A DNA stretch of 32,000 nt from Candidatus Saccharibacteria bacterium oral taxon 488. GTDB lineage: Bacteria; Patescibacteriota; Saccharimonadia; Saccharimonadales; Saccharimonadaceae. The position numbers were made by a program, and so were the translations under genes. Shown here piece by piece: positions 30,910 through 32,000 of this stretch. Location of the stretch: positions 630,001-662,000 of the forward strand of contig CP047921.1 in the NCBI GenBank assembly GCA_010202845.1. Direction: 5' to 3'. Numbering within the stretch: the first letter of the stretch is position 1; each line of letters begins with the position of its first letter. The notes beneath the pieces were generated by a model. It did no database searches. It was not told the DNA's origin and saw only the letters and a program-made list of their open reading frames with translations.

Positions 30910-31350
30910 TTATGAACACTTACCGCTTGTTACTTCTTGGACGTGGTTTGTGCCGTAGTCAACATCTTTCCAGTACTTAACCCGAACACCAGTCGCCTCG
31001 TTCTGATTGGTCGTAGTACCACCACCATCTTTACAGAATTCATATCCATAATGATTCTTGTCGGTTTCACTTGGAGCGTTAGCATCAGTTGCCGAAATCA
31101 CAGTACCCGGAACCTTAATGGTGTTAAACGAGCCAACCTCAGAGACAGTTGGCCACTTGTCTTTCTCTGAATTATATGATGCAGCCGCATTCACAAGGTT
31201 GCGCGCATTTGATTGACGCTCATCGTCACGTGCTTTTTGTGTCACACCATTGTACGCCACAATCGAAATAGCAGCCAAGATAGCGATGACCACGATCACG
31301 ATCAAGAGCTCAACCAATGTGAAACCTTTAGTTTTGTTTGAAGAAATCAT
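30910..31350 (-). CDS. Type IV pilin, copy 2
   Basis: It has the same N-terminal 30 aa as copy 1 and a divergent C-terminal domain with a Cys pair ('FCKDGGG...SGKCS'). TGCTACAAT and TTTTATAAT boxes lie upstream at 31395-31425. Confidence 0.85.
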   Translation of the reverse strand: MISSNKTKGFTLVELLIVIVVIAILAAISIVAYNGVTQKARDDERQSNARNLVNAAASYNSEKDKWPTVSEVGSFNTIKVPGTVISATDANAPSETDKNHYGYEFCKDGGGTTTNQNEATGVRVKYWKDVDYGTNHVQEVTSGKCS

Positions 31351-31365
31351 TTCTGATTTGCCCCC
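31262..31365 (-). repeat. Right arm of the perfect 104-bp inverted repeat
   Basis: Exact reverse complement of 30393-30496. Confidence 0.95.
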
Positions 31366-31537
31366 TATTTTTAGTTAGTTATTATTGTAACTTGATTGTA
31401 GCAAAGCGATTATAAAAGCGCAAGCATTTTATGAATAATTCCCTGATTCGACTCACGTTGGCCATAAAAACAGAGGTAGTACCTCAAAGCACTTCCTGCT
31501 CGGAACAGGCGTTATCCACACGACCCACCCGAACCCG

Positions 31538-32000
31538 CTATGGACACGAGGCGCCGGCAGTGCCGTTTGCAGGAACATTGATTGACTTGATGAGGCGCTG
31601 GCTGGAGTACTGAATGTTTTCACCAGCAACGGTCTTGGTCACCCCGAGGCTGACCTTGAGTGTGCCGTCGTTGATCTTGCAGACCTTGAAATTAAGCACC
31701 GTACTCGTGTCGATAATCGTTTCGACTGCGCCGTTCAACTGCCAAATACGATCACTAGCGCTCGGGCATGAGCCGTCATACATTGTCTTGCGCTTGAGTT
31801 CCGAGCCGCTCTGGAAATACTCAGTGGTATAGGTCTTGGCATCAGCGATAGCAACCGCTCCCCACGCCACACCGCAATCACTTTTTTGGATCAGACGCCG
31901 CGTCGGGCTGTAGGGGTTGTCGCTAGTAGCGAGACTATGCATGCGTACATATGATGAGGTTGTTCCCTCAAGCGTAGTACTGAGCCGCACGTCCGCCTCA
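31538..32000 (-). CDS. Partial CDS (C-terminal part; open to the right edge): Cys-containing secreted or pilin-associated protein
   Basis: The frame stays open upstream of the GTG at 31990 to the window edge. It contains 4 Cys and lies directly upstream of, and on the same strand as, pilin copy 2. No family was recognised. Confidence 0.3.
   Translation of the reverse strand, partial: EADVRLSTTLEGTTSSYVRMHSLATSDNPYSPTRRLIQKSDCGVAWGAVAIADAKTYTTEYFQSGSELKRKTMYDGSCPSASDRIWQLNGAVETIIDTSTVLNFKVCKINDGTLKVSLGVTKTVAGENIQYSSQRLIKSINVPANGTAGASCP

Noticed and set aside
1-32000. A scan for CRISPR arrays, rRNA genes, IS elements/transposases, retron or DGR reverse transcriptases, and toxin-antitoxin pairs.
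   Set aside because: No regularly spaced direct repeats, no rRNA-like sequence, no DDE/HUH transposase or RT motifs, and no small two-gene TA-like cassette were recognised by eye. The RHH protein sits with the recombinase module rather than with a toxin.

Overview
No rRNA, CRISPR array, transposase or phage structural genes were found in this 32-kb bacterial window. I infer a small-genome Gram-positive-type lineage, most consistent with Candidatus Saccharibacteria/Patescibacteria. The clues are type IV pilins starting 'KGFTLVELLIVIVVIAILAAI', a Gram-positive-type T4SS, an LPXTG protein, CCA-encoding tRNAs and many leaderless genes behind TGnTAYAAT boxes. There are five blocks. (1) 1-4.9 kb holds a minus-strand, translationally coupled T4SS operon: VirB2-like, VirB6-like, PrgI/VirB3-like, then a VirB4 split into two ORFs. 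(2) About 5.9-14.85 kb is a sharply lower-GC accessory island. It carries two tyrosyl-tRNA synthetase paralogs (one with a remodelled Tyr pocket), a group II PLP decarboxylase, an NTP_transf_6-like protein, an EEP phosphoesterase, a compact radical SAM enzyme, a tandem degenerate-HIT protein and a kinase-fold protein lacking the catalytic Asp. This is my best candidate for an undescribed system, possibly tyrosyl/aminoacyl-nucleotide biosynthesis or immunity, or a defence module. (3) 14.85-15.2 kb is a GC-rich, hairpin-dense non-coding spacer. (4) 15.2-18.45 kb is a mobility module: a Replic_Relax-like protein, an RHH protein with an AT-hook, a small HMGA-like AT-hook protein and a large serine recombinase. 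The recombinase ORF runs 64 nt into an antisense tRNA-Glu, so blocks 1-4 may together be an ICE integrated at that tRNA. (5) 18.5-32 kb is higher-GC and core-like. It contains an LPXTG surface protein, a histidine kinase with a methyltransferase and a divergent receiver, folD, tRNA-His/Lys/Arg/Gly, an alpha-glucan phosphorylase, an XRE-HTH::MurA fusion with a palindromic operator, and glyA. It ends with two convergent pilin genes whose 5' ends form a perfect 104-bp inverted repeat, a possible invertible or gene-conversion cassette. All family calls come from motifs read by eye and memory; no searches were run.
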